DNA of 56,251 bases, the filler included, from Fonticula-like sp. SCN 57-25 (taxonomy: Eukaryota): assembly GCA_001724245.1 (NCBI GenBank). It is 2 parts of 2 records of this genome, joined end to end, with 100 filler letters (N's around TTAATTAATTAA, not from the genome) between each part and the next. Parts side by side here need not be neighbours in the genome. Positions count along the whole stretch, not along the records: positions 28,225 to 56,251 come from MEDX01000053.1; 1 more part is not named here. One strand, written 5' to 3'. The notes under the pieces are model-generated. The model did not search any database, was not told where the DNA came from, and worked only from the letters and a program-made list of their open reading frames with translations. Position 1 is the stretch's first letter. Each line of letters opens with the position of its first letter. Shown here piece by piece: positions 37,731-46,942 of the stretch. The translations under genes and the position numbers were made by a program.

Positions 37731-38206
37731 TGGATTGGGGCATGGATCTCGCCGGCTTGGAAGACCTGGAGTACAAGCTCAAGCAGTTGCCGGTCGAAGT
37801 GGGCGTGAAGGGGCTCACCGCCGGTCTCCGCAAGGCCGGCAAGCTCGTCCTGGCCAAGGCCCAGCAGACCGCACCCGTCGAGACTGGTGCCTACAAAGCC
37901 GCCCTCCGTCTCCGCAAGAGGAAGACCATGAAGGACGGCACCGTGGTCTTCACCGTGGGCCTTCGGAGGAAAGACCTCCAGGCGAAGAGCTTCTATGGTG
38001 CTGTCCTCGAATGGGGTGCTCCTCAGGAAGGAATCGTCGGTCAACACATCCTTGAGAACGCCGCCGACAGCACCCTCGATTCGGCCGTGGGCGTCGTCGT
38101 AGACGAGTGTAACAAGGCCCTCGATCGTGTGGCCAAGAAGGCCGGCATCAAGTGGATCGATCAGGGAGCGGCGTTCGACGACGTCCTCGATGAGATCGAG
38201 GAATAA
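37730..38206 (+). CDS. HK97 gp10-like neck/tail component
   Basis: GLEDLEYKLKQL, APVETG, FYGAVLEWG motifs and gene position. Confidence 0.85.
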   Translation: MDWGMDLAGLEDLEYKLKQLPVEVGVKGLTAGLRKAGKLVLAKAQQTAPVETGAYKAALRLRKRKTMKDGTVVFTVGLRRKDLQAKSFYGAVLEWGAPQEGIVGQHILENAADSTLDSAVGVVVDECNKALDRVAKKAGIKWIDQGAAFDDVLDEIEE

Positions 38207-38233
38207 TGGCCGTCGCCTGAATAGATACCTTTC

Positions 38234-38692
38234 GTGAAACCCTTTGCGTCGGCACCATTCGGAGTCCTGGGACGTATCCGTTCGACGGCGATAGTCGATT
38301 GGCTGGACGCCCTCGTAGCCTACGTCGCCACCGAGATCGACGTCCCTCTCTACCCCTTCTCTCGGCCCGAGAGGTACGACGGTCCGGTCATCCTCTACAC
38401 GCCCGGCATCGACGTCTACGGCTACACGCACGACGGTATCGAGCCGTGGGTCTCCACTCCACTCACGATCGAGGCCAACGCCAGCGACCCCGACGACGCC
38501 CGAGCCCTCGATGAGGCCGTGCGGACCGTCCTGGAGGGCTACAGGGGCTTCCTCCTGGGCAACCGGATCGACCTCGTGAAGAGCGGCCTCACCACCTTCC
38601 GGGTTGGTGCAGACTCCCGCCGCAAGTGGAGAGTATCCGTCCTCACGGAGTACACGGTCCTCCGCACTCTCAGGGAGGTTCGTGTTGCTTGA
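38234..38692 (+). CDS. Tail completion/terminator protein (DUF3168-like), copy 1
   Basis: PLYP..RPE...PVILY, THDG, TIEANA...ARALDEAVRTVLEGYRG; start uncertain. Confidence 0.65.
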   Translation: MKPFASAPFGVLGRIRSTAIVDWLDALVAYVATEIDVPLYPFSRPERYDGPVILYTPGIDVYGYTHDGIEPWVSTPLTIEANASDPDDARALDEAVRTVLEGYRGFLLGNRIDLVKSGLTTFRVGADSRRKWRVSVLTEYTVLRTLREVRVA

Positions 38693-39065
38693 CCTCTCCG
38701 TCTACACGAAGACCTTTCAGGCCCTCGATCCGGTGCCGGTGTGGCTTTGGATCATCCCCGAGGAAGAGGGCTACCCGTGCGTCGTGTATGCCCCCGTCAA
38801 CGACCTGCCTGGCCACGACCACGACGGCATCACGACCTATCGACGTGCGAAGTACCAGATCGATTGTTTTTCGGAGGACCCCACCGAGGTCAGGAAGCTG
38901 GGGGCGAAGGTGGTCTCGACCTGGGCCTTCTTCAAGGGCGAGGTGGAGGGCGTCCAGATCGGCCGTGCGAAGGTGGAGGCCAACGAACCCACCGAGGAAC
39001 TCGCCCGAGACGGGAGAGTCTTTCGTCAGCGGTTGTCTTTGCTCGTGGAATACGAGGCGTCGTGA
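38685..39065 (+). CDS. Tail completion/terminator protein (DUF3168-like), copy 2
   Basis: IPEEEGYPCVVY, DHDG, YQIDCFS..VRKLGAKV...FKG; GGAGG before the TTG start. Confidence 0.7.
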   Translation: MLDLSVYTKTFQALDPVPVWLWIIPEEEGYPCVVYAPVNDLPGHDHDGITTYRRAKYQIDCFSEDPTEVRKLGAKVVSTWAFFKGEVEGVQIGRAKVEANEPTEELARDGRVFRQRLSLLVEYEAS

Positions 39066-39097
39066 ATAGATATAGCATCATCCATTTGGAGGTATAG

Positions 39098-39538
39098 ATG
39101 GCGGCAGAGTACAACATGAACGCCGGGCACAAGCTGCACGTCTGGAACGGCACTGCTTACGTGCAGGTGAAGGGGTGTGAGAACTACTCGGGGTGGGGCC
39201 AGTCCTGCGGCGAGATCGACGTGGCCGACCACGACGACCCGAGCGTTAAGACGATCAACTCGGGGCGGATCGACTACGGCAACGTCACGGTGACGTATCG
39301 AGAAGTGCCGAGCGATCCCGGCCAGACTTACGTCTTCGGCAAGGTGTCCGTCCTGGACGACACGGGCGGCGTCCTCATCTGGAAGTACGTGTACCCGGAC
39401 GGCACGACCAGCAAGTTCTTCAAGGGCCACGTCACTTCTCGGGCCGAGGCCGATCACAACCTCGAAGGTCCGAAGAAGGGCACCTTCACGATCCGGCGTG
39501 TAGGCCCGGCCACGACCACCGACCCCAGCGACGACTAA
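39098..39538 (+). CDS. Major tail tube protein
   Basis: EIDVADHDD, SGRIDYGNVTV, DPGQ, YPDGT..FKGHV, TFTIR; strong GGAGG. Confidence 0.88.
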   Translation: MAAEYNMNAGHKLHVWNGTAYVQVKGCENYSGWGQSCGEIDVADHDDPSVKTINSGRIDYGNVTVTYREVPSDPGQTYVFGKVSVLDDTGGVLIWKYVYPDGTTSKFFKGHVTSRAEADHNLEGPKKGTFTIRRVGPATTTDPSDD

Positions 39539-39556
39539 TCACACAAGGAGCCAATA

Positions 39557-39865
39557 ATGGTAGACAACGTAAAGAATAGACTTATCGCCTTGAGCAAGAG
39601 GAAGCAGACCCTCCAGGCCGTGGAGATCGACGGCGAGTCGGTCGGCTTGTACGTGAAGTACCTGACTTCGGGCGAACTCATGGAGCTTCACGAGGTCGGA
39701 GACAACGCCTTCAAGGCGTGCGTGATCCTGGCTTGTGACGACAAAGGTCTTCGGGTTTTCGAGAGGCCCGAGGAGGTCTCACAGCTTGACCGGGCGATCA
39801 TCAAGTCGATCGTCGATGAGGGCGTGAAGCTCAACGTCCCTCCGACCGTTGACCTAAAAAACTGA
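39557..39865 (+). CDS. Tail assembly chaperone (gpG-like)
   Basis: Between tail tube and TMP; ends ...DLKN on slippery A AAA AAC (39856-39862). Confidence 0.85.
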   Translation: MVDNVKNRLIALSKRKQTLQAVEIDGESVGLYVKYLTSGELMELHEVGDNAFKACVILACDDKGLRVFERPEEVSQLDRAIIKSIVDEGVKLNVPPTVDLKN

Positions 39866-40143
39866 TCGAGGACGACCCTGAGATGCAGTTCGTCGGGCGG
39901 CTCTGTGTCCTGTTGGGCAAGTGGCCGTCCGAGGTCTTGTCACAGCCCCGTGAGGATATCGACCTCATGCGGGCGTACTTCTCGGTCGTCCCCGAACCCG
40001 ACGGCTACCTCGAAGCGGCCCTCATCCGTGATGCCATTTTTGCAGCGATGAGCGGCAAGCCGTCCGACCCGTCCAAGCATTACTTCCGCTTCAAGAGCGA
40101 GAAGGAGCAGCAACAAGAGTTCATCAAGTTCCTGGAGTTTTAA
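39856..40143 (+). CDS. Frameshifted tail chaperone extension (gpT-like, -1 frame)
   Basis: The -1 frame is open from the slippery site (KKLIEDDPEMQFVGRLCVLLGKWPSEV...) to TAA at 40143. Confidence 0.82.
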   Translation, partial: KKLIEDDPEMQFVGRLCVLLGKWPSEVLSQPREDIDLMRAYFSVVPEPDGYLEAALIRDAIFAAMSGKPSDPSKHYFRFKSEKEQQQEFIKFLEF

Positions 40144-42048
40144 GTGGCCGAACTACAGTCAGTCAATGCAACACTGAAGGCCAACGCCAACCCGTTCAAG
40201 GCGGCGATGGGCGAGGCTTCAGGTGCAGCGGCGGGCTTCTCCAAGGAGTTGAAGAAGTCTAAGAACGACCTCGATTTCTTCGGCGGCGGTATGAAAGCCC
40301 TCGCCGATACCGTCGCCAAGGAGCAAAAGAAGCTCCAGTACGACCCCAAGCACGGCTTCACGAAGGGCGTCATCGAGGAAGAGAAGAAGCTCGCCGAAGC
40401 TGCGGCGAAGATGCGATTCACGTTCAAGGGGTTGGGCGAGTCGCTCCAGACCGTGCATGGGCCTACCGACTTCCTCGGCAAGGGCCTGTCCAAGCTCAAT
40501 CCCACCCTGTTGGGCGTTGGTGCCGCAGCCGGTGCCGCCGTGGCCGGGCTCGCAGCGGTCGGCGTCGCTGCGTATGCGATGGTTTCTCCGCTCGTGGAGG
40601 CCCGTCAGAAGGCCAACGACCTCGGCATGCAGTTGGGCACCTCGCCAGAGTTTATCGAGAAGTTCACCAAGGCTGCGGGATCGTTGAGGATCTCCAGCGA
40701 GGACGCCGGGGACGCCATCAGCGACTTCGCCGAGAAGCTGGGCAAGGCCCAGATTGGCGACACCGACCTCGAAAAGTTCCAGTTGGTGGGCCTCAGCCTG
40801 GAGGACATCAAGGACGCCGATCCGTCCGAAGTCCTCATCAAGGCCCTTGGCCATATCAACCAACTCGGCACGGCTGCACAACGCCAGAGTGCGGCCGTCG
40901 AACTCTTCGGCGACAAGGGCAAGGAGCTACTCAGGGTCTCGCAGCTAGGCGAGCAAGGCATCCGTGACTTGCTCCAGGCCCAGCCCGTGTCCTCGGTCGG
41001 CGGGAGCCTGGACGAGATCACGAAGCACCTGACGACCATCACCGAGGGGGCGAAAGCCTTCGGGGCCGCTCTCGGCGAGTACGTCGTCCCGGTCGTGGAG
41101 ACGATCACGGGGGCATTGGCCGGAGTGGTTGAATACTTCCAAGGCCCGTCCACGACCTCCACCTCGAAGCCCAAGCCCATCCAGGAAGAGGTACGCAGGA
41201 CCATCACCTTGCAGTCCTCCGACGACCAGACCGACGCCCGCAAGGCCGCAGTCGAACAGGGCAAGAAGCTGGTGTCCCTCCAGAAAGAGGTTGTCTCGCT
41301 CTCAGATAAGAACGCCTCGCTATGGAACAAGATCAGTGAGGACTTCAAGGAGTCAACCCTCCAGGTGAAGACCATGGTCTTCGAGTTGGAGAAGGTCAAA
41401 GCCAGCACGATGGCCATCGAGGGGTTGAGGGCTCAGTCGGTCGGCGGTGCCGACGACGCCGCCTTCGATCAGATAAACGACCTCCGCAAGTACAGCGATG
41501 CGACCAAGGAGGAACTCCAGTCGCTACGTGTCCAGGCCGAGAACGCACTCAAGACCGGCCTCGGTGGAAGCCTCACTCCCGCCGACATCCGTCGTGAAGC
41601 CCTCTCCAAGATCGACGCCGACAGGTACTTGAACGATGAGGAGAAGGGCACGGCCCGGAAGAACGCCGATCGTGCCTACCTACGGGACCAGCGGGCTTTC
41701 CTCGAAGGTCTCGGCAAGATCACGACGCCGTTGGAATCGGTGTCGGTGAAGCTGGAGGAACTCGCCCATCAGGCCGAAATCGGTGCGATCACGGGCGACC
41801 AGTTTAAGGAGTTGGTCGGCAACCTGGCCAACGAACGGGCCGGTGATCGAGACAACAATCGGCTTGCCAACGCCTACGTGGTGGGCTCGACGGCCGCAGC
41901 CTCCAGGATCGCACAGTGGCAGGCGGGTTACGACCGCAACAACGACGCCCGACAGACCGCCAAGAACACGAAGGACATGTTGACCGAGTTGAAGACCCTG
42001 AACCGCAATCTGCCCAAGGCGGTGTCGTCCATGGAGGAAGACCTATGA
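40144..42048 (+). CDS. Tape measure protein (634 aa)
   Basis: Longest tail gene, Ala/Gly-rich and helical, N-terminal ATLKANANPFKAAM, AAVELFGDKGKELL. Confidence 0.88.
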   Translation: MAELQSVNATLKANANPFKAAMGEASGAAAGFSKELKKSKNDLDFFGGGMKALADTVAKEQKKLQYDPKHGFTKGVIEEEKKLAEAAAKMRFTFKGLGESLQTVHGPTDFLGKGLSKLNPTLLGVGAAAGAAVAGLAAVGVAAYAMVSPLVEARQKANDLGMQLGTSPEFIEKFTKAAGSLRISSEDAGDAISDFAEKLGKAQIGDTDLEKFQLVGLSLEDIKDADPSEVLIKALGHINQLGTAAQRQSAAVELFGDKGKELLRVSQLGEQGIRDLLQAQPVSSVGGSLDEITKHLTTITEGAKAFGAALGEYVVPVVETITGALAGVVEYFQGPSTTSTSKPKPIQEEVRRTITLQSSDDQTDARKAAVEQGKKLVSLQKEVVSLSDKNASLWNKISEDFKESTLQVKTMVFELEKVKASTMAIEGLRAQSVGGADDAAFDQINDLRKYSDATKEELQSLRVQAENALKTGLGGSLTPADIRREALSKIDADRYLNDEEKGTARKNADRAYLRDQRAFLEGLGKITTPLESVSVKLEELAHQAEIGAITGDQFKELVGNLANERAGDRDNNRLANAYVVGSTAAASRIAQWQAGYDRNNDARQTAKNTKDMLTELKTLNRNLPKAVSSMEEDL

Positions 42049-42971
42049 TTAGATACTACGACTACGACACCGACGTGTCTGCATATAACTTCGAGGTGAT
42101 TCCACGAAATACGGGGAAGCACCTCGCCGCCACCATGGACGGCACGAACTCCAGGACGCAAGCCTGGAGGGTCACTTCAAAGCCCGTGGAGGGCAAGTAC
42201 GCCCGTGAGAATCGGGTCATGATCGCCCTGTATCAGGCGGGCGTGGCCCTAGGTGCCTACTGGCAAGTTGACGACGAGATCGATGAAGCGCTGAGGTGCA
42301 AGAGTCTGTCGATCGATTCCGCTGGTGAGGACGAGCCCGGCGTCTGGGAGGTGAGCGGCTCCTACGAGGTGCTGACTTTCAGCGGCAGTTCCACGGGCGA
42401 GGGAGGGTTCACCCCGATCGACCTGGAGCCGGACATCGAGGTGGGCAGCGAGATCGAGGAAGTCCCCTACGATCGGGACGCCAACGGCGATCCGGTCGTC
42501 AATGCGGCCGGAGACAAGTTCGACCCGCCGCTCACCAGGCCCGAGTATTACACGACGGTCGTGTACACCCGCAACGAGTTGGTGTTCTCGGCGACTTACG
42601 CCAACACCTGGAAGGGCAATGCGAACCTCGGGGCCTTCAGCGGTTACGCCGAAGGCTATGTGCTGTTCAGGGACGTGACCGCCAGGAAGGTCAAGCATCC
42701 ACAATTGGGGTTCTATTGGAATGTGACCTACACCTTCGTGGTCCGTGTGGACGCCGACAAGATCAAGGTGCTGAACACGGGTTATAGATACAAGCCGGGC
42801 GGCACCGGGGTTCCTCAACGGGCACTCGACGAAAAGGGCCAGCCGACGGCCGGAGATATCTTGCTGGCCGCCAACGGCGACAAGTTGCCCGACGGAGGTA
42901 CTCCCACCTACAAGGAGTTCCAGATCGCCGAGAAGATCGACTTCACCTCCTTGAATATCATTATCCCGTAA
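42045..42971 (+). CDS. Putative distal tail/tail-tip protein
   Basis: ATGA overlap with TMP; beta-rich; PVVNAAGDKFDPP and VLNTGY motifs; function from position only. Confidence 0.65.
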   Translation: MIRYYDYDTDVSAYNFEVIPRNTGKHLAATMDGTNSRTQAWRVTSKPVEGKYARENRVMIALYQAGVALGAYWQVDDEIDEALRCKSLSIDSAGEDEPGVWEVSGSYEVLTFSGSSTGEGGFTPIDLEPDIEVGSEIEEVPYDRDANGDPVVNAAGDKFDPPLTRPEYYTTVVYTRNELVFSATYANTWKGNANLGAFSGYAEGYVLFRDVTARKVKHPQLGFYWNVTYTFVVRVDADKIKVLNTGYRYKPGGTGVPQRALDEKGQPTAGDILLAANGDKLPDGGTPTYKEFQIAEKIDFTSLNIIIP

Positions 42972-42979
42972 GGACGAGA

Positions 42980-43336
42980 ATGGCTTATTCACCCAGAGCG
43001 AAGAAGAGGATCAGGAACGCCGTCCGTCGATCGGAGCAGCTTGAGCGAGGTGCGGGTCGTGGCGATGCTGTTGGCCATCCTCAGCCCATGTACCCGTTCC
43101 TGCTCGGCAAGCCGGTCGATACCATCCCGGCCGGCGGCACGGGCAAGGTCATCCCGCAGACCTTCTCAGGCGACGATCCCGACTATATCCCCGAGGACGA
43201 AGAAGATCCGGGGATACCTGTGCTCAATACTTCGGAAGTCGATCTCGTGGACGACGAGGACCAGTTGTATCTGTTCGCATGGGTTCTGGGCGTCTGGATG
43301 CCGATATGGACCAACAAGTGCTCGGAGGGATCATAA
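42980..43336 (+). CDS. Hypothetical tail-region protein
   Basis: 118-aa ORF, basic N-terminus (RIRNAVRRSE), acidic C-terminus, TAATG-coupled to the next gene. Confidence 0.7.
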   Translation: MAYSPRAKKRIRNAVRRSEQLERGAGRGDAVGHPQPMYPFLLGKPVDTIPAGGTGKVIPQTFSGDDPDYIPEDEEDPGIPVLNTSEVDLVDDEDQLYLFAWVLGVWMPIWTNKCSEGS

Positions 43337-44904
43337 TGCCATTGAATGGATTCGGCGATGGACTTCAATGCTGCTGCGGCTGCTGCAAGGTTATTTGCTC
43401 CGGCTGTCATGTGCCTTGCTCCACGGCAACATTCACTTATACCAACGCAACGCTTGGCACCGGCTCCTTTCAACTGTACTGGGACAAGGCGAACAAGAAT
43501 TGGTCTACGGAGTGCATCCCATTCGGTTCTGGGCGAATCAAGGCAACCCTGACCTGCACGACCGATGCTGAGCCTGTATTCCGCTTCCGCCAGTGGACGA
43601 CCGGCGATTGCTCCGGAACGCCTACCGTGGATTGCAGCACGCATACCCTCCACTCAACGGCTTGCAGCGGCGGCTTTTGGAGGCGATGGACGCCGGGTTG
43701 CGGCCTCAATTCCTACGGCTGGAGTGCGTTCGTGGTGAACGTCTCGGGATGCACAACCTCGTCCAACTGTTGTTGCAATGCCTGCGTCAAGGTGGTCGAT
43801 CCATGCGTGTCTGGGACGCCTCCGCTTGCCGGCTCGACCGTCAAATTGTACGACCCGGCCACTGCGACCTTGGTCAAATCCGTAACGACAAATACCCTGG
43901 GGCTCGCCTGTGATTTGCCGATTGGGATTTACAACATCGTCGTCGAGAAGACCGGCTATGAGACCCTGAACAAGACGGACGTCACCATGCATTGCAATGA
44001 GACGTTGACCTACAACCAACGGAGTTTGGGGCGGGTGCGATGCACCGGGATGTCCTGCAACGCCACGGCCGGGCGAGTGCCGACGACGTTCACCTTCACG
44101 AAATCCGGGCAGCCCACAGTTAGTGGGACCACCGGCGGTAGTGGGTATGTTGATCTTTACTTGACGGCGACGGGGACTTGGGCCTGGACGGCTACGGCCC
44201 CGAAGTTCCTCCCGCAGAGCGGCAACTATAACTACGCCAGCACATGCGGCACCTACAACTTCGGCGTGACCTCGACGCCGATCTCCACCCACTTTTGTGG
44301 GTGCAACGGCTTTGCCAACTCTCCAGAGCCGTTCAATAAGGTCGCCACGATCACGGACTGCGGCGGATCGACGAGCCTGGATATTTCGGGGTATGGCACC
44401 TACTGCGGTGCGACGACCTGTGTGGATCGTCCGATCGGTCCGACGACCTCGGCCCCGAACATGCCATTGTCATACTGCTGGGATAACGTCAACTGGCGGC
44501 GGCAGCTTTGCGGTACTTTGCCCTACGACGACGCTGGTGTCGCCAGCGTCAAGATTGGGCTATCGATATACGCTTCGTCGATGGCCACGCCGAGCGGTGG
44601 GCAAAAATCGCCTCAGCTATCCATGACCTGGAACGCCAATTGCGTCGAAGACTCGGATACCTTGCCCAACTGCAACCCGCCCGACATGCAATCGCAGACT
44701 TGGCGAGACGGTCGATGGACGTGCGACAACATCACGGTTGGGGGTGTCCAGTGGTATCACACCGGCTATGCCATTCATAGTTATGACCCTGTAGTGGTTG
44801 AGGTGTTTTTCGATCAAGTGCCGGAATGGGGTCCGGTATCCGGCTCGACCGCTCCACCTGGAGGCCCGCCTTGTCCCTCGATCATGCTCAGCGTTATTCA
44901 TTAG
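43336..44904 (+). CDS. Cys/Thr/Gly-rich tail-tip or receptor-binding protein with Ig-like segments
   Basis: N-terminal CCCGCC, internal CCC, LAGSTVKL...TTNTLG...LPIGIYNIVVEKTGY (carboxypeptidase-regulatory-like fold); about 36 Cys in 522 aa. Confidence 0.75.
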   Translation: MPLNGFGDGLQCCCGCCKVICSGCHVPCSTATFTYTNATLGTGSFQLYWDKANKNWSTECIPFGSGRIKATLTCTTDAEPVFRFRQWTTGDCSGTPTVDCSTHTLHSTACSGGFWRRWTPGCGLNSYGWSAFVVNVSGCTTSSNCCCNACVKVVDPCVSGTPPLAGSTVKLYDPATATLVKSVTTNTLGLACDLPIGIYNIVVEKTGYETLNKTDVTMHCNETLTYNQRSLGRVRCTGMSCNATAGRVPTTFTFTKSGQPTVSGTTGGSGYVDLYLTATGTWAWTATAPKFLPQSGNYNYASTCGTYNFGVTSTPISTHFCGCNGFANSPEPFNKVATITDCGGSTSLDISGYGTYCGATTCVDRPIGPTTSAPNMPLSYCWDNVNWRRQLCGTLPYDDAGVASVKIGLSIYASSMATPSGGQKSPQLSMTWNANCVEDSDTLPNCNPPDMQSQTWRDGRWTCDNITVGGVQWYHTGYAIHSYDPVVVEVFFDQVPEWGPVSGSTAPPGGPPCPSIMLSVIH

Positions 44905-45065
44905 CGAATAACAAGCAAACATGCGAGCGGCGTACTAGCCGGGCGGTAGTTCACTCAACTCTAAAAAGAAGAATCAAAAGCGGATGGGAGTTAGAGACGG
45001 CGATCTCAACCCCGGTCGACCATCGGTTCGACTCTTCGCACACAAAGAGGGCCGAGAACCATTAA
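44904..45065 (+). pseudogene. Remnant of an HNH-type homing endonuclease C-terminus
   Basis: Start-less frame ANNKQT...STLKRRIKSGWELETAISTPV resembles the QANN...TL..R...GW..E.A..TP tail of phage HNH proteins. Confidence 0.55.
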
Positions 45066-45587
45066 ATGTGCAGACACGAATTTTGTCCCATTAAAGAAGG
45101 GAAGTGCATCTCCGAGAAACCCGGTTGGGAGTGGGCTGAGAAGTTCGGCTTGCCCGAGGCGAACCCGACCCAGCGGCAGTTCCTCATCGAACAGTCGGCG
45201 AGGTGGAACGAGATCGTCGTCCATGAAGGGGAGAACCGGCCGAATCCGGTCTCCGGCTCGGCCTGCGACGAGTCCAAGGTGGTTGATGAAGTACCAGTCG
45301 AGACGGCCGTCTCGACTAGTGGTTGCGGTTGCGGGGGCAAGTCCTACCCCTCGCTCCTCACTCAGGCCGGCAACCTCGCCCGCTCAATCAAGAAGCATGT
45401 TGCCAACGGTATGGCGGCGGCGACCAAGGAAGAGCAGCAACGCCGGTTGGCCATTTGCGGCTCTTGTCCCTTGCTCAACGCCGCAGCCGGCCGTTGCCTG
45501 GAGTGCGGGTGCGTGGTGTCGATCAAGACTTCATGGGCTTCTGAGGCGTGCCCCCTGGGTAAGTGGGGCGGCACTGAAAAGAACTGA
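45066..45587 (+). CDS. Cys-rich protein with C-terminal DUF6171-like metal-binding motif
   Basis: RRLAICGSC....GRCLECGC...KT....EACPLGKW; also GCGCG and N-terminal C..C..C. Confidence 0.75.
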   Translation: MCRHEFCPIKEGKCISEKPGWEWAEKFGLPEANPTQRQFLIEQSARWNEIVVHEGENRPNPVSGSACDESKVVDEVPVETAVSTSGCGCGGKSYPSLLTQAGNLARSIKKHVANGMAAATKEEQQRRLAICGSCPLLNAAAGRCLECGCVVSIKTSWASEACPLGKWGGTEKN

Positions 45588-45610
45588 GCATGTCGTGGAT
45601 AGATAACGGC

Positions 45611-46942
45611 ATGCCGAACCAGGAATACAACTACAGCAACAACCTCTATACCACGGTGGCGACCGTCAGGGCTCCAGGCGGCTCCACCATCCAGGTGGCC
45701 GACCCTGACAAGTTCGCCGCCGTCGAGTGGCCAGTCCGCCTATCGGTCCTCAGGGACGACGGGTCGTTGTACGGCCTCTTGATCGCCATCTTCCGGGCGA
45801 CGGGAATCGTCGGTTCTGAGATCGCCGTCGATGGCGTCCTCGAAGGGACCGTCGATTCCACGATCGAGGTGGGCGACTTGGTGATGGTCGCCCAGACGGC
45901 CGGCGACTTTGACGACCTGTGGAACGCCCTCGAAGAGATCGAGACCACTCCAGGCCCTCAGGGTGCTCCAGGTGCAGACGGAGGTACTGGTCCTCAGGGT
46001 GATCGAGGCTCTCAGGGCTTCCAGGGTGCGGCTGGTCTTCAGGGTGTTCAGGGTGCTACCGGACCTCAGGGCGATCGAGGCCCTCAGGGAGCTACTGGTG
46101 TCCAGGGAGCTACTGGTGTCCAGGGAGCTACTGGACCTCAGGGTTCCGCTGGTCTTCAGGGTTCCCAGGGTGCGACTGGTCCTCAGGGAGCCGCTGGTCT
46201 TCAGGGTGTCCAGGGTGCGGCTGGAGCACAAGGTCTTCGAGGCTTCCAGGGCGATCGAGGCCCTCAGGGCTATCAGGGATACCAAGGACTCGGTACGCAA
46301 GGCCCCCAGGGTGGCGGCACACAAGGCCCTCAGGGAGCACCTGGAGTAGGCACTCAGGGCAACCAAGGTACACAGGGAGTTCAAGGTTCCCAGGGCGGTG
46401 GCAGTAGCCTGGCCCTCGGTGCGGCCGTTTCTGGTGCCACCAACAACAGGTTGCTCAACATTACCTCGGGCAACCTCTCGCAGTCCGCAAACCTCTCCTT
46501 CGACGGCTCGACGCTCGAAGTCCAGGGTGCGGTGAACCTCAAGAACACCGTCGGCTCAGTCGCCAGCACCTTCGACGCCAATGGTTACGGATTCGTGTAT
46601 ACGATGTCGTTCTCCTTGGCCAAATTGGTGGATCTCGCCACAGGCACGGACCTCACCCGAGGTGGGCAGATCGCAGGCTTCGCAGGGACGATTTCCAAGG
46701 TCAAGATTCAGGCGACCACCAACGGCTCGTCGGGCGGGTTCACGCTCCAGATCAATAAGAACGGCACTTCGATCTTCACGAGCAATCCCACGGTGGCGGC
46801 ATCCACGACCACTGTCCAGTCCTTCACGCCGACCACCACGACCATGGCTGAGAACGACGTACTCACGGTGGATTGCACGTCTACCGGGACCAGCGTCCAG
46901 AACGTAATGGTGACAATCTATGCTCTTGTGAGGAATGCTTAA
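45611..46942 (+). CDS. Collagen-like tail fibre protein
   Basis: Long Gly-X-Y tract ([12 protein letters not shown]) then a Thr-rich beta C-terminal domain; start placed at ATG 45611 (5 nt after ATAGATA), alternative 45590. Confidence 0.85.
   Translation: MPNQEYNYSNNLYTTVATVRAPGGSTIQVADPDKFAAVEWPVRLSVLRDDGSLYGLLIAIFRATGIVGSEIAVDGVLEGTVDSTIEVGDLVMVAQTAGDFDDLWNALEEIETTPGPQGAPGADGGTGPQGDRGSQGFQGAAGLQGVQGATGPQGDRGPQGATGVQGATGVQGATGPQGSAGLQGSQGATGPQGAAGLQGVQGAAGAQGLRGFQGDRGPQGYQGYQGLGTQGPQGGGTQGPQGAPGVGTQGNQGTQGVQGSQGGGSSLALGAAVSGATNNRLLNITSGNLSQSANLSFDGSTLEVQGAVNLKNTVGSVASTFDANGYGFVYTMSFSLAKLVDLATGTDLTRGGQIAGFAGTISKVKIQATTNGSSGGFTLQINKNGTSIFTSNPTVAASTTTVQSFTPTTTTMAENDVLTVDCTSTGTSVQNVMVTIYALVRNA
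45953..46396 (+). repeat. Collagen Gly-X-Y coding repeat (9/18-nt period)
   Basis: Recurrent CAGGG units, e.g. tandem GGAGCTACTGGTGTCCAG. Confidence 0.9.

Noticed and set aside
38206-38220. Four-codon ORF (MAVA) coupled to the gp10-like gene
   Set aside because: Too short to support; could be chance or a remnant of a former start of the downstream gene.
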